Position numbers and translations under genes: made by a program. A stretch of 63,855 nucleotides of DNA, the filler included, from Collodictyon triciliatum (Eukaryota), in assembly GCA_043381765.1 (NCBI GenBank). It is 7 parts of 7 records of this genome, joined end to end, with 100 filler letters (N's around TTAATTAATTAA, not from the genome) between each part and the next. Parts side by side here need not be neighbours in the genome. Positions count along the whole stretch, not along the records: positions 11,478 to 22,850 come from JBHJMP010002416.1; positions 22,951 to 34,317 come from JBHJMP010002417.1; 5 more parts are not named here. The stretch is one strand, 5' to 3'. Shown one piece after another: positions 19,815 through 33,700 of this stretch; position 1 is the first letter of the stretch, and the number at the start of each line of letters is the position of its first letter. A model generated the notes under the pieces. That model searched no databases. It saw nothing but the letters and a program-made list of their open reading frames with translations, and had not been told where the DNA came from.

Positions 19815-22610
19815 CGCGGATGTTAAAGCAGGAGTACAGTTAAATCGAGTTGAATCAACCATCCAGCGCCCTAACCCAGTACGGAAATTAGTAGCTGTAA
19901 AATTGGTTCCTTCTGTTACAGTGTAAGTTGTTCCTCCAAGTGCGATACCTGTGCCACTAGACCCGAGCACAAAGGCGTTATTTGTTGGACTAACTGAATC
20001 AAACCGCACTCTCTGAGTCCCTGTTCCAGTTCTATCTGGTAAATTCCAAACCATGACTTGAATAGTTAATCCATCCGGGACATCAATACTTGCCGGAAAG
20101 ACAACGGTTGCATTTGAGCTTCCTGTTGTCCCCTTTGTTAATATGATTTTACTAGGAGAATTTCGACTCACTGTGTGCGTGGTGCTGTCAACAATAATCC
20201 AATCAGTTATCGGCGCTTTGAATAGTCTTAGTGAATTCTGAACTTCGGTATCATTTACTGTGTACTTTATATTCGTTGTTCCATTAATAATCATACTCAT
20301 ACTAGAGTTTACTCCTGCGTTGTCACCTAATATTCGAGCTATAGCACTACCGGAACTGAAAAAATCTATAGTTGAGCCAACTACAAACGGATCGCCCACA
20401 GTTACTGCCTGTCCAGTAGGATACACATACCAGATGCCTTGAAGTTGGCCTGCAGTTGAAGTTAACCAATGCCACACACAAGTGTAGACCGTACCCTCAA
20501 CTAATGGATATGTGCTGTTACCCGTGACAACAGTTTTTGTTGCATTGCTCATAACGTGAATTGCGTGTCCTGTTGACCCGCCAGTCCACATTTGTAGCGT
20601 AGCTGTACTAGCACTATCTTTGTAAGGAATAATAATGTGGGTTTGGCCGGTTGCTGTTTGTCCTAATGAAGGTAAGTTAAAAGTAAATGCTGTTGACCCA
20701 GATAGCAACGCTCTTATTATCATGGGACTTGTTGCACTTATACTAATAGCATTATGATTTACAGACGAAATAGGAGTTCGTACAGTTTTTTTCATTGTCA
20801 TTGCTTCTTCTACACTAAGGTCAGCTGGTAATGTACAATTAGCAATGGGATGCTGCGCGACAATATACCAAGCTCCCGAACCAAATATACACTCATAAAA
20901 CGTGCCAGGCAAAACAAAAAATCCATTTGTCTCTGCGAGGTTTCCAGTGATTAGAGATCGACTGCCTCCGCTATACAGATACATATTTATATTGTTTCCA
21001 GGTCTAAACGACAATGTTGCTGTAGTCTGATTACGAAACGGTATTATTCTGTAAAACGTGCCTTCTACTAAAGCCGGGAATCGCAATATTGTATTATATA
21101 TATCCATCTCCAGTCTTACATTGGATCTAGTACTTTGAGCAAGTGTAAAATCGGCAGTTGATCCACTGCTTGTAAAAACATCAAATGGATAAACGACATC
21201 TGGAATTGTAGCCCGTCCACTCACTGAAAGGTCTCCTGTTATACTTATACCTGAATTATTTATTTCAACCCGTTGCACTCGTGTCGGCAAAGTAGCCCCC
21301 GTGCCTGTTGCCCCTAGAAATCTAAAATACGTATTCCCGTGCTCTGTTGCAAATATTTCATTTGTTCCAGTGCCTCCGACTAATCTACTCATAACAGTTT
21401 CAGTAGCTGGCCAGTTTGTGCCATTACCCAACCTGTAAGTTGCTACTGTTCCTGTAGTAGAATCACTAAATGTCGACTGTATATACCCCGTTGCGCCTCC
21501 TGTACCTCCAACAAACTGTATATTAGCACTTGGATTAGATACGTTGTTTCGAATACTCGAACCTCCGCTCAATCTAAAATTTCCTCCTACAACACTGCAA
21601 ACTTGTGTTCCATTAGCTACAAAACCAATTCCATTATCAGTACCGACCAGTGTTCTCACTAAACCAGAATTTGTAGAATTCTCGAAACTATAAGAAGGGG
21701 CCGCGGTAGAGCCATCAGGAACTGTGAGCCCGTCATTTCTTATAGTAACTCTTTCCGTTCCATCTGTTCCAAAACGAATAACATTGTCTGAGCCCCAAAT
21801 ACCTGTTCGACTCGCAGCCGGAGTTGCCGTATTGTCATTAAAAATTAATGTGGGTTCAGCTGCTGAGCCTACTCGTGTAAGATTTAATGAATTTGTTACA
21901 GTCACAAAATTGTCTGAAATCACTAAACGGTCCACTGCGGGCGGATTTGTTGTATTATCACTATTTGTACTAATTGCTATAGAGCCAATAGCAGGTGAAT
22001 AAATCCCTTGCCGAGTGCCATTATTCACTTGAGGGGTGCCTTCAAGGCATCTGAATTGTAGTCTTTGGTCGTTCACAGAACCAGCACCGTTTATTTGTAC
22101 TCGACTGCTTGTTTGTAAAACTCCATTGCATCCGACCGAACCAGATGCAAATATACCACTTACATTTAAACTGTTAGACCAACCATATGTCGAACTGGCA
22201 CTGCTATATGTGAGAATATTATTATTGTTTCCTGCAGTCGCTCCAGGCACTTGATTCACAGACCCCCAACTTGCTGTGCTACCATTATTTGTTAGATATT
22301 GACCTGAATTCCCTGCAGTCGCTCCAGGCACCTGGTTCACTGTATCCCAAAAAACTGATGAGCCATTTGTTTCAAGAAATTTTCCAGCCTGTCCAGCCTG
22401 TGGAGGCAGCTCAGCATCGACTGCGGTGTATTCGTATCCAGTTGCCTGGGCATTTACTTGCAGAAATTTATCCGCATCAGCGCCTGTTATCGTTGGCAAA
22501 ATAAAAGATGTTTCTGTTGTGTCAGTATACTCTGAGTTTGTCCCGTCTGTCACAAATGAATAGTCATAGGGGTATCTACTTGAATTTGATCCGATTTCGT
22601 ATGAAGTCAT
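19812..22610 (-). CDS. Fibre / receptor-binding protein with phage tail-fibre-like repeats (932 aa)
   Basis: G/T/S/N-rich beta protein; repeats LPPQAGQAGKFLETNGSSVFW / VPGATAGNSGQYLTNNGSTASW; GSAAEPTLIFND..TGIW and PDGSTAAPSYSFENSTNSGL motifs typical of phage fibres; directly downstream of the penton. Confidence 0.8.
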   Translation of the reverse strand: MTSYEIGSNSSRYPYDYSFVTDGTNSEYTDTTETSFILPTITGADADKFLQVNAQATGYEYTAVDAELPPQAGQAGKFLETNGSSVFWDTVNQVPGATAGNSGQYLTNNGSTASWGSVNQVPGATAGNNNNILTYSSASSTYGWSNSLNVSGIFASGSVGCNGVLQTSSRVQINGAGSVNDQRLQFRCLEGTPQVNNGTRQGIYSPAIGSIAISTNSDNTTNPPAVDRLVISDNFVTVTNSLNLTRVGSAAEPTLIFNDNTATPAASRTGIWGSDNVIRFGTDGTERVTIRNDGLTVPDGSTAAPSYSFENSTNSGLVRTLVGTDNGIGFVANGTQVCSVVGGNFRLSGGSSIRNNVSNPSANIQFVGGTGGATGYIQSTFSDSTTGTVATYRLGNGTNWPATETVMSRLVGGTGTNEIFATEHGNTYFRFLGATGTGATLPTRVQRVEINNSGISITGDLSVSGRATIPDVVYPFDVFTSSGSTADFTLAQSTRSNVRLEMDIYNTILRFPALVEGTFYRIIPFRNQTTATLSFRPGNNINMYLYSGGSRSLITGNLAETNGFFVLPGTFYECIFGSGAWYIVAQHPIANCTLPADLSVEEAMTMKKTVRTPISSVNHNAISISATSPMIIRALLSGSTAFTFNLPSLGQTATGQTHIIIPYKDSASTATLQMWTGGSTGHAIHVMSNATKTVVTGNSTYPLVEGTVYTCVWHWLTSTAGQLQGIWYVYPTGQAVTVGDPFVVGSTIDFFSSGSAIARILGDNAGVNSSMSMIINGTTNIKYTVNDTEVQNSLRLFKAPITDWIIVDSTTHTVSRNSPSKIILTKGTTGSSNATVVFPASIDVPDGLTIQVMVWNLPDRTGTGTQRVRFDSVSPTNNAFVLGSSGTGIALGGTTYTVTEGTNFTATNFRTGLGRWMVDSTRFNCTPALTSA

Positions 22611-22626
22611 ATAAATACATACAAAA

Positions 22627-22850
22627 TTATTCTACGGGAACGAGCTTGAGAGTAATATCTACACTGGCTGTCTGCGGGAAGTTAACTAGATTGTTGTACT
22701 GGTCAATAAAACTTATATTGAATCTTGTCGGCAAAACCGAAAAGACTTGTTGCGTAAATTCTTCACTTGCTTCTTCTACGAATGTGTACTGGTATTTACT
22801 ATTACTTAGATTCAATGGACACCGATAAGCAATATCAAAACGCTCAGGGA
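22627..22850 (-). CDS. Minor capsid protein (penton, single jelly-roll), C-terminal fragment
   Basis: Frame is open to the contig end: ...PERFDIAYRCPLNLSNSKYQYTFVEE...TRFNISFIDQYNNLVNFPQTASVDITLKL*. Matches the PLV/polinton penton C-terminal pattern (hxhxhxDxxGxxhdF...SxxL). Confidence 0.72.
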
Positions 22851-23160
22851 NNNNNNNNNNNNNNNNNNNNNNNNNNNNNNNNNNNNNNNNNNNNTTAATT
22901 AATTAANNNNNNNNNNNNNNNNNNNNNNNNNNNNNNNNNNNNNNNNNNNNTTTTTCTTGTTTGTTTGTTTGTTTGTTTGTTTGTTTGTTTGTTTGTTTGT
23001 TTGTTTGTTTGTTTGTTTGTTTGTTTGTTTGTTTGTTTGTTTGTTTGTTTTTATCTAAAGTTCTACAAGGGGCTAGGAATGTGTTTTTTTTTTTTTACGA
23101 CATATATATTATTTTCAAATTGATATCCCTAATCATGTCTGACAGCTAATTGTCTTGTAG

Positions 23161-25163
<2,003 letters not shown>

Positions 25164-26155
25164 GCACGGGCTGCGGGCCACTAAACAAAGACAACGCGCA
25201 CCCGCCCGCCTCCACAAAACCTTCCACCGCAAAGCTGCCTGCGCCTTTGTCCTCGCTCTTGTTTGACAGCGGAGCCGCCTGCTTTTCGCGCGATCCTCAC
25301 GGCACTCAACCACCCACAGTTTCCTGTCTGCGGCTATAGGCGCTGCCCAGAAAGGCGACGGCTGCATCCGGCCGGCCAAAAGCTGTTGCGCACGCAGGCG
25401 AAGCGCGAAGGCACTCGGCTGAGGAAGGCTGATGCGCAAAGTCTGCTGCAGCCCCAAAGCAAACTAATCCTGCTTTGCCCGCTTCAGATCGCCCGTACTC
25501 TGCCTTGTCCAACGTGCACGGTTCAGATCACGGACGCCGCGCGGGATGAAGGAGCTTGTCTTGTCCTACACTGTCGATCTGCCTGCAAAGCTTGTGTGGG
25601 AGAAAACACTCAAACAGGACACGTTTGCTCTCGAGTGCCATGCTGCTCTTTGTCACTCTAGTATGCGTGCACAAACTCCCTGATTCTCGCTTTTCCTTTT
25701 TTTTTTCTTTTATCTTGTATTTCATTCACATACATCCTCTTTTTTCCCCTATTCTTTTCCCCTTCTTTCTTTCTCGTTTCATTCCTCATCTGTTTTGAAT
25801 TGTATGTAGATGTTGCCATGAAATCCTGGGACAGCCTGTGTGAAAGAGTAAACGAATATACTATCCACTTGCATCTAACCCCTGCGATCGTGTCATCTTT
25901 TTCGATTGGTAAGGACTGTTGCTCTTCCCTATCGTATAAAATAATAGAAAGAGAAAAGAATAAAGAACTAAAAAAAAAAAAAGTTCATGAGATAAGTCGA
26001 AACTGCACACATATAGTGCGGGATTAGGCTATGTACAAGCATTATTGAAGATTATATATTCTCAAGTATTCCCTTGACGAATTGCTTGACATGATAAAAT
26101 GAAAATGTATGTGTATAATTTATGCAAAATCTGTTGATATGTTGTAACCACGCAG

Positions 26156-28561
26156 ATGAAAATCCTCTACCGATTCGCGTTGGTCAGAGGCAAAAATATA
26201 TTGCCAGTACAGAGTATGACATTTCAATCATTACATCAACCAACATGTTTGATTCATGTCTGGATTGATTGATAGATAGATAGATTGATTTGTATCTACT
26301 TTAATTATCATGAAGAAAAGAAAACACTACTCACAGACTAATCCCTCCTAGGAAGTATGTCGTTCAATCAACGGATCGATTCTACGATAGTCAATGGGCA
26401 GAACATATCAGTCTATTTTCAAGGACCACAATCCAACCACTCGTACGAAATCAATATATAGAAAAAGGGGGTGCATACCAAATTACTCAATTATTCATTG
26501 TCTGAATTACAGAATCAATCCTCTTCGTATTCATCTGTGTTAAATATAATTTTGGCTTTGTAATTAGGGAAACCAAAGTCGAATCGTAATCCAAATGCGC
26601 TGTGAATATTCTGGAAACTTTGAAATAAAAAGTAATTCATCACAATCCAGTCTAATTTCGTGTGAAATACAATCCTTGAAAAAGAAAACATATGAAATAA
26701 TTACAATCAAAATATTGTCATTTCCTCATGTAACTCATCTCCTTTTTGTTAAAGAAAATTTTTTTTTAGATAAAACCTATTAATTTAATCCCTAACTGTG
26801 TCACTTGTAGACGAAATGGAAACCTGCTTGGCTAAATTTTGTGAATATGAAATGAGAATGTTATATAATATTGCTACAAGAAAAAGTCTGTCCCCATCTC
26901 TTCCTATTTATCCTGAGGTTTTTTATCTCCTTCGATCTTATATTAGATAATACTATATGATGGTTTAATCGCAGCGATTGTTTGCAATATGATATATTCC
27001 ACTTTTTTGTTTTTGTTTCAGAAACCCTTGCCAAGCGATGTTTTCAATCGGTTAGATCTGCCAGGCCAGGAGAACAAGCCACTATCTGAAGCAACAGATG
27101 TATTGGGTTGCACTCAGAATATAGAACTATAATAAAAATCCAGTTTATTTTTCATTTTACTATTTGTCAAACATCAGCCCCAATTATATTTTCCTTTCAG
27201 GTTGTGAACTTGATTCCATCTACAACTCCTGAGCTACCTCCACCACCACGTGGTGTTTCACCTCTTCCAAAAAGCAGAGATAGGAGTACTACACCAACTA
27301 GGATTGACCGATTTTATCCCTTTGTCAAAAGCGGAGAGGAATCGCCTCAGTCAAGCACAGCAAGCTCAACAACCATCTTGCCGAGCACAGGCTCAATAAC
27401 ACCAGGTAGACTATAAATATGATATCAATACTCCATCACAAAATCTTTTTCTTTTTCTTTTCTTTTTCTTTTCTTTTTCTTTTCTTTTTCTTTTCTTTTT
27501 CTTTTCTTTTTCTTTTTCTTTTTCTTTTTCTTTTTCTTTTCCTTTTTCTGACTCAAGATGTGGTGATTTGTCTTTTAAACTTTCATTTATATTTCAGCGT
27601 ATGGAATTAATTTGTATGTTCTTTATTATTCATCGTCTATTATAAAAAAAATAATTAAATTTGATTATTTATAGCGCCAGTCGATTCCGCAACAATTAGC
27701 CAGCTGCGCACAGCGCTGGAGGAGAGCTCAAAAGAACGGGTGGGAACCAAACCCTTACATCGACACAACTACATTTTCATGAATTCTTGAAGAGATTTAA
27801 ATTTAGATACTGAACGATTGCCTTTTTTTTTTTTGTTTTTTGTTTTTTGTTTTTTGTTTTTTGTTTTTTGTTTTTTGTTTTTTGTTTTTTTTGTTTTTTG
27901 TTTTTTGTTTTTTGTTTTTTGTTTATGTTCTTTAAAGAGTGGCCTTGTTGTCAAAATACGCGAATTAGAGCAAAAGATTGCGCAAGTGAAAACCGAACAA
28001 TCGTCTAAGACAAAAAAACTGAGTCGCCCCGATGTACAGGAGATTCTCAAGCAATTAAAGTATACAAAGAAAGAATAATCCTTGGGGGAAATTACCCCTA
28101 AACAACTCGAGCGATTTCTTATTTACCCCTTTGTATATAGTGCCACTATGATTGAATTTGCAGAAATTCAGGAAACCAGGAAGAGGCTTGAGGAGAAGAT
28201 GACACTCATGGTTGGAGAAAATAGTAGACTCAAGGATGAAATCCAGTTTCTCACATTGGAGTCGAACGGTACAATTTCCATGCCTGATTGATATTGTACC
28301 TTCGTTTTTTTTTCTTCTTTTCATTCTTAACACAAACGATATCAAGAGGAGAAAAAAAAAGGCTATAGTCTCGCAAAAAGGTGAACCATCCATAAATAAT
28401 ATCATTTACTCTTTCTTTTCATTGAAAATATCAAAGAACGAGGAATGAAAATCAGAGAGTTGGCTGAGCGAGTGGCGACCCTCAACCAGGAAAACGAAGG
28501 ATATCGAAAGACTCTGAATACTCTAGTCAATGCAGAGACGCCAACGTCAGTGCAGAAATAG
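26156..28561 (+). CDS. Hypothetical multi-exon protein with Pro/Ser-rich middle and C-terminal coiled coil; start uncertain
   Basis: Spliceable exons, e.g. VVNLIPSTTPELPPPPRG..., LVVKIRELEQKIAQVK, EIQETRKRLEEKM, ending PTSVQK*. Confidence 0.5.
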
Positions 28562-30725
28562 AGCATAATTTCCGATTTATGAATAACAAGAAAATCTATC
28601 AAATTCAAAAGCATCGTAATAGTTAAGATGCAAAGAAAGAGGGCTGACTGAAAATGCTATAAGGTATGTAATGAGCCCCAAAGGGATGCGGCGGCCCTCC
28701 TCTGTCGAGTTCCCACCAGGGCAGTTTGGCGGCTTCTCATAGCCCCGCACTGCTGCAAAGGTCACACACCCTTCCTGCTCCTTCCCATCATTATAGCATC
28801 CACCGCTCGTATTGATAATGTTGCTTACCTTCCCCATTGATGCCATCAACTTACCATTGTCTCTTGATTTACATGAGTGAAAAAACATAAACAACACACA
28901 AGAACAAAAACGAAATAAAAAGTACCAGCAAACGGAGCATCCATGCCCTAACTGCAAAATTATACCATCATATAAGTACGATAATATTTCTATCGCAATC
29001 CTTCTGAGCTTGGAATTCCAGATATGGATACCAGGTAGCTTCCATGAAATATGTACAAAATAGGAACTTTGTAGTCAAGTCACATATGTGGGATTTCCTG
29101 GCCACGCGCTTGGTATGCAGCGAAATACATCAAATGCAGCACGCACAGCAAAATCGCACACATCTGAGCCCACCACGGAAGTCGGAAGGCTGGAGGTGAA
29201 GAATCAGAAACAAAATCAGAATCAATCAGAAGCAAAAGCAGAAACAAAAGCAGAAGCAGAATCAAAAACAAAAAACCTAACCAAATGACGCACAGAGCAC
29301 AGGCAACCGAGCAGAGCAGAAGCGCCGAGCACAGCGGTCTCCGACCCCCAACCCCACCCACTCCTCCCAACGCATGTTGATCCTCCAGCTCTACGGTTGG
29401 AGGAGCTCATCCGGGTTTTCGTCTTCTGCCCGCAGTTTTGCTCAGACTGTGGATCAGGAGAAGTATGCCCACACGCTCACGCACCGCAGTCTAGAAACAA
29501 TCAATAACACAAATAATCACTGCATAAGAAAAGAAAAGAAAAGGAAAGGAAAGGAAAGGAAAGGAAAGAATAGAAAATAACAGACACAACACAAACACGC
29601 ACTCCCAGCGAAGCGAACGTTGCAGCGGCTTCTGCCCGTCAGGGTGTCGAGGCACTCCGTTCAACCCACGAATCGCCGAGCATCGTGAATGACCAAGACG
29701 AGGACATCAGCGCGCCTCGCCGACGCGTGCGGGTCCGAACAAACCGCACACGCAAGCACGTCCGCAAAGCAAAGGTTCAAACATAGACACATATATGGAT
29801 ATGGATATGGATGCGCATACACGCAGCCGCAAAGCACTGACCCCCACGGCAGGACACCGCGCAGCCCGCCCCCGACCAGGAGGATGCGGAGGAGACCCGG
29901 CCGACTGCTGCGTCCACCCACTGCGAAGCCGCCCCGCCCGCATCCTATGTCCCGCTGCCTGCCGAGGTTGCCCGCATCCTATGTCCCGCACCCTATGTCC
30001 CGCACCCTATGTCCCGCACCCTATGTCCCGCATCCTATGCCCTGTGCCTGTGCGCTCACGCGTGTGCGTCCCAGCCCTCTGTGCAGACCCCCGAGCGCCG
30101 CACCACGGTCTGCGTGACACTCGCCGGCAGCCTGCAGATGCGGATCACGTTCGCGCTCTCTGTCCGCACCGCCACGGCCACAACCACAGCCACAACCACA
30201 GCCACAACCACAGCCACAGCCACAGCCACCGCCAGGCGCACAGCCAGGAAGGCAGCCCTGCAAAAGAAGACCCGGCGCCCCCCGGCCGACCACGCGAGCA
30301 GCGACCGTTGCGCCTCCTGCCCCGCCGCCCCACCGCGGAAGCCGCCGTCTGCGCCGCTCTATCCCGCGTGGTTCTCCACCGCATTCCCGGTCCGTCCGCG
30401 CAACAAAACACGACCACCCAACACAACAGATATATATATATGTATGTATGTGTGTATCTGCCGCCGCTGACTGTGCCCTCCGCCGTGCAGAAGAGGGGCT
30501 CCGAAGTCAAAGCCCGCACGCACAGCGCCCCCACACCCGCACCGCTGTTGACATCCACACCCACACTCAAGCACCTGCTTGCCGCATACCGCACCCGGTC
30601 TGACCCACACCCCCTCGCCTGGCCATTCCTGCAACCGCCTAACCCGTCCACACAGATCATCGCGCCCGACCATCGTTGCCTAAGAGCCCGCATCCACATC
30701 CACATCTGCATCTGCATCGCTCGGC

Positions 30726-33700
30726 ATGTCTGCTGTGGACCCACTCAAGTAAGCCGCACCCCCGCCGTCCCACGCACGACCGACCCGCACAGCCCTCTGA
30801 CCCGCCAACCCCCGCCCGCGCAGATTCCTCCGCCCAGATCTCGCCGACCTGGAGGACTACACCCCGTCCAAGCCGCTCGAGGTGCTGGCCGACGAGCTCG
30901 GCATCCCCATGGACAAGATTGTCAAGCTGGACGCCAACGAGAGCATGTACCCTGTCCCGCAGGTCCTTGCCTCGCCCGTCACCCCTTTTCGGATCCATCC
31001 TATCTTTTGCATTTGCTTCTGCATCTGCATCGTCCCCAAACCCCTCGACTGACTTGCCTGCTTTCATTCCTTCTTGCCTGTATGCTTGCTTGTTGGCTTG
31101 TTGGCTGTGATGTAGGCCGTGGTCGACGAGATGGCCCGCGCCAATCTGCACATCTACTCAGACCCCAGCCAGAATGCTCTCAGAAGCGCCATCGCTTCAT
31201 ACACAGGATTCCCGGATGACTGGATTGTGGCCGGTGAGGGTTTTTTTTTTCTTCTCCCAAATTCAACATTTCTGCGAGAGGCTTCATGTTCCGCTTCACA
31301 AACCTGTCACTGACCAGCAACAAATTGCAGGCTGTGGAGGAGACGACATCATCGAAATCACCATGAAGGTGGCCAAGCCCGATTCCATCATCGTCACTTC
31401 TCCGACCTTCAGTATGTACGCCTTCATCGCCAAAATCCACCGGGTTAGTCCTCATCCTCGCATCCACAAGGGTTGATGTACTTACGGATGTGCATGCGAA
31501 GATGGCCAGATAACAATAGTCATGAGGACACATGTATACATGCATACACACAACAACCATTTGCAGGCATCCCGCTCTTCTCACACACATTCTGCATTGT
31601 TTACAGATCAAGGTGGTTGACGTGCCGAGAAAGCTGCCCAACTTCGACCTGGATGTGGACGGCATCATTGCCGGTATTTTTCCATCCGCCTTCGCATCAC
31701 TGCGCCCATGGACACTTTTCTTACACCTAAACATCACAGAAATCAGAAAGGGCTCGAAGCTGGTGTACCTGATATCTCCAAACAACCCGACCGGCAATCT
31801 CCTGCCGGAAGATGAGGTGAGTCTGCCGCCACCACAACTACAAATACCCATTTTGCTATCATCATCACCACCACATCATATCCGACCAAAAACGTAGCCC
31901 ATGTGCCAACCACAAAACTATTAGATACGCGACAAACAAACAAACAAACAAACAAACAAACAAACACTCTATGTCATTCCAGCTCTGCCGCATCTGTGAG
32001 GAAGACTGTCTGGTTGCTGTGGACGAGGCCTACGTCGAGTTTTCGCCCTACTCAATGGCCCATTTGATCCACAAGTACCCCAACCTTGTCATCATCCGCA
32101 CATTCAGCAAGTGGGCTGGTCTGGCTGGTCTGCGCATCGGGTAACTGTGATTGTCTTCGCTTGCACTCCACTGCTCCCCGCCGCACGGCACTGACTCCTT
32201 GGATGCATCTTCAATAGATACTCCATCTCGCACCCCACCGTCGCAAACTGGATGAATGCCGTGCGTCTGCCCTTCAACGTCAGCATCGCCGGAGACGTCG
32301 CTGCCATTGCTGCCATCCGCCACAAGGATGAGATATTCCAGAATGTTGAAAAGATCAAGTAGGCCGTTTGTCTGAGTCCCATACCAGGTTTTGATCAATG
32401 GTCTGTTGGTTAATTGTTGATTTCCTTGCTTGCAGGAAGGAGGTTGCTTGTCTGGCTGAGAGAGCCGCTGAGACTGGCTTCTTGCGTCCTTTGCCTTCAT
32501 TCACTAATTTCGTTCTGGTCGAAGTACAATCATGTGGGTTATATTCGGCATGTTGGCCTCCTCCTTGTCTATGTTTCTGTCATACACACACACCCTGATT
32601 CGTTGAAATTCAATCAACTAATTGACTCTAACCTGGCTCTCTCCCTCCCATCACTAATTTTTATTTTCCGCGCTCTACTTTTTTCTATCTTTTTCTTTTT
32701 CTTTTTCTTTTTCTTTTTCTTTTTCTTTTTCTTTTTCTTTTTCTTTTTCTTTTTTACTTCGTAGGGAACGCCGAGATGATTTCACTTTACCTGAGAAAAG
32801 CAGGAGTATTTATCCGCCACTACCGCTCGGCTGAACTCTTCAATTACCTTCGCATCAGGTTTCATTTCAGAAATCTGGTATCGATATTGCCTCCCTTTCT
32901 TTTTTTTCTTCTCTTTCTCTTTTCTTTTCTTTTCTTTTCTTTTCTTTTCTTTTCTTTTCTTTTCTTTTCTTTTCTTTTCTTTTCTTTTCTCTTTCTCTTT
33001 CTCTTTCTCTTTCTCTTTCTCTTTCTCTTTCTCTTTCTCTTTCTCTTTCTCTTTCTCTTTCTCTTTCTCTTTCTCTTTCTCTTCTGTTATCTTTTTCATA
33101 CATTTTCCGATTTTCTTTTTTCTATTTATATTTGTTTTCTTCTATTCTTCTATTTTTCTCTAATTTATTTTTCGTGCGTGTGCCTAACTCGACCTGGAAC
33201 CAGTGCCGGTCGCCCGCAAGACACCCAGCGCGTCTTTGAGGAGATCTCCAACTTTGTGCGATTCCACGACGAGCAGCTGCGCTCTGTGGACACAATCATC
33301 TTCGACATGGACGGCGTCCTTGCAGATGTTTCCCAGTCGTACCGATCGGCCATCGTCAAGACTGGTGAGAATCCAACGCCCTGTCTCTCAGTTTCTGTCC
33401 TTGCCACAACGCCACCCCTGGGTGGTCTAATTATCAAATATGTCTGTCCAACTAACCGCTTCGCCTCTGCTCAAGAAGCATACATACATATGTATCCCGT
33501 TTGCTCATAACGCCCTATGAATCTTCACCTACCCCAATGTATTTGCTTGCCTATCTCAGCCGAATCATACGGTGCATTCATCACATCCGAAGACATTGTC
33601 GAAGCAAAGAATGCTGGCGGTGCGAACAACGATTGGCTCCTGACCCAACGTTTGATGGAGAAGAAAGGTTCCGCTGTGTATAATAATAATAATGGATCCA

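Larger units (their letters stand above)
12446..22850. mobile_element. Endogenous Polinton-like virus (PLV)-type element, structural module; right part cut by contig end
   Basis: Intronless, tightly packed ORFs including a DJR major capsid, penton and fibre; more GC-rich than the AT-rich left flank; begins at a perfect inverted repeat. Confidence 0.88.

Noticed and set aside
12446-22850. Bacterial prophage contamination, suggested by the tail-fibre repeats
   Set aside because: Capsid and penton are PLV-type jelly-roll proteins; no HK97 capsid, terminase, portal or obvious Shine-Dalgarno pattern
28577-28957. 126-aa minus-strand ORF
   Set aside because: No recognisable motif and I could not link it into a consistent gene model
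29795-31219. 474-aa ORF as a single gene
   Set aside because: Runs through introns and repeats, out of frame with the real HisC exons
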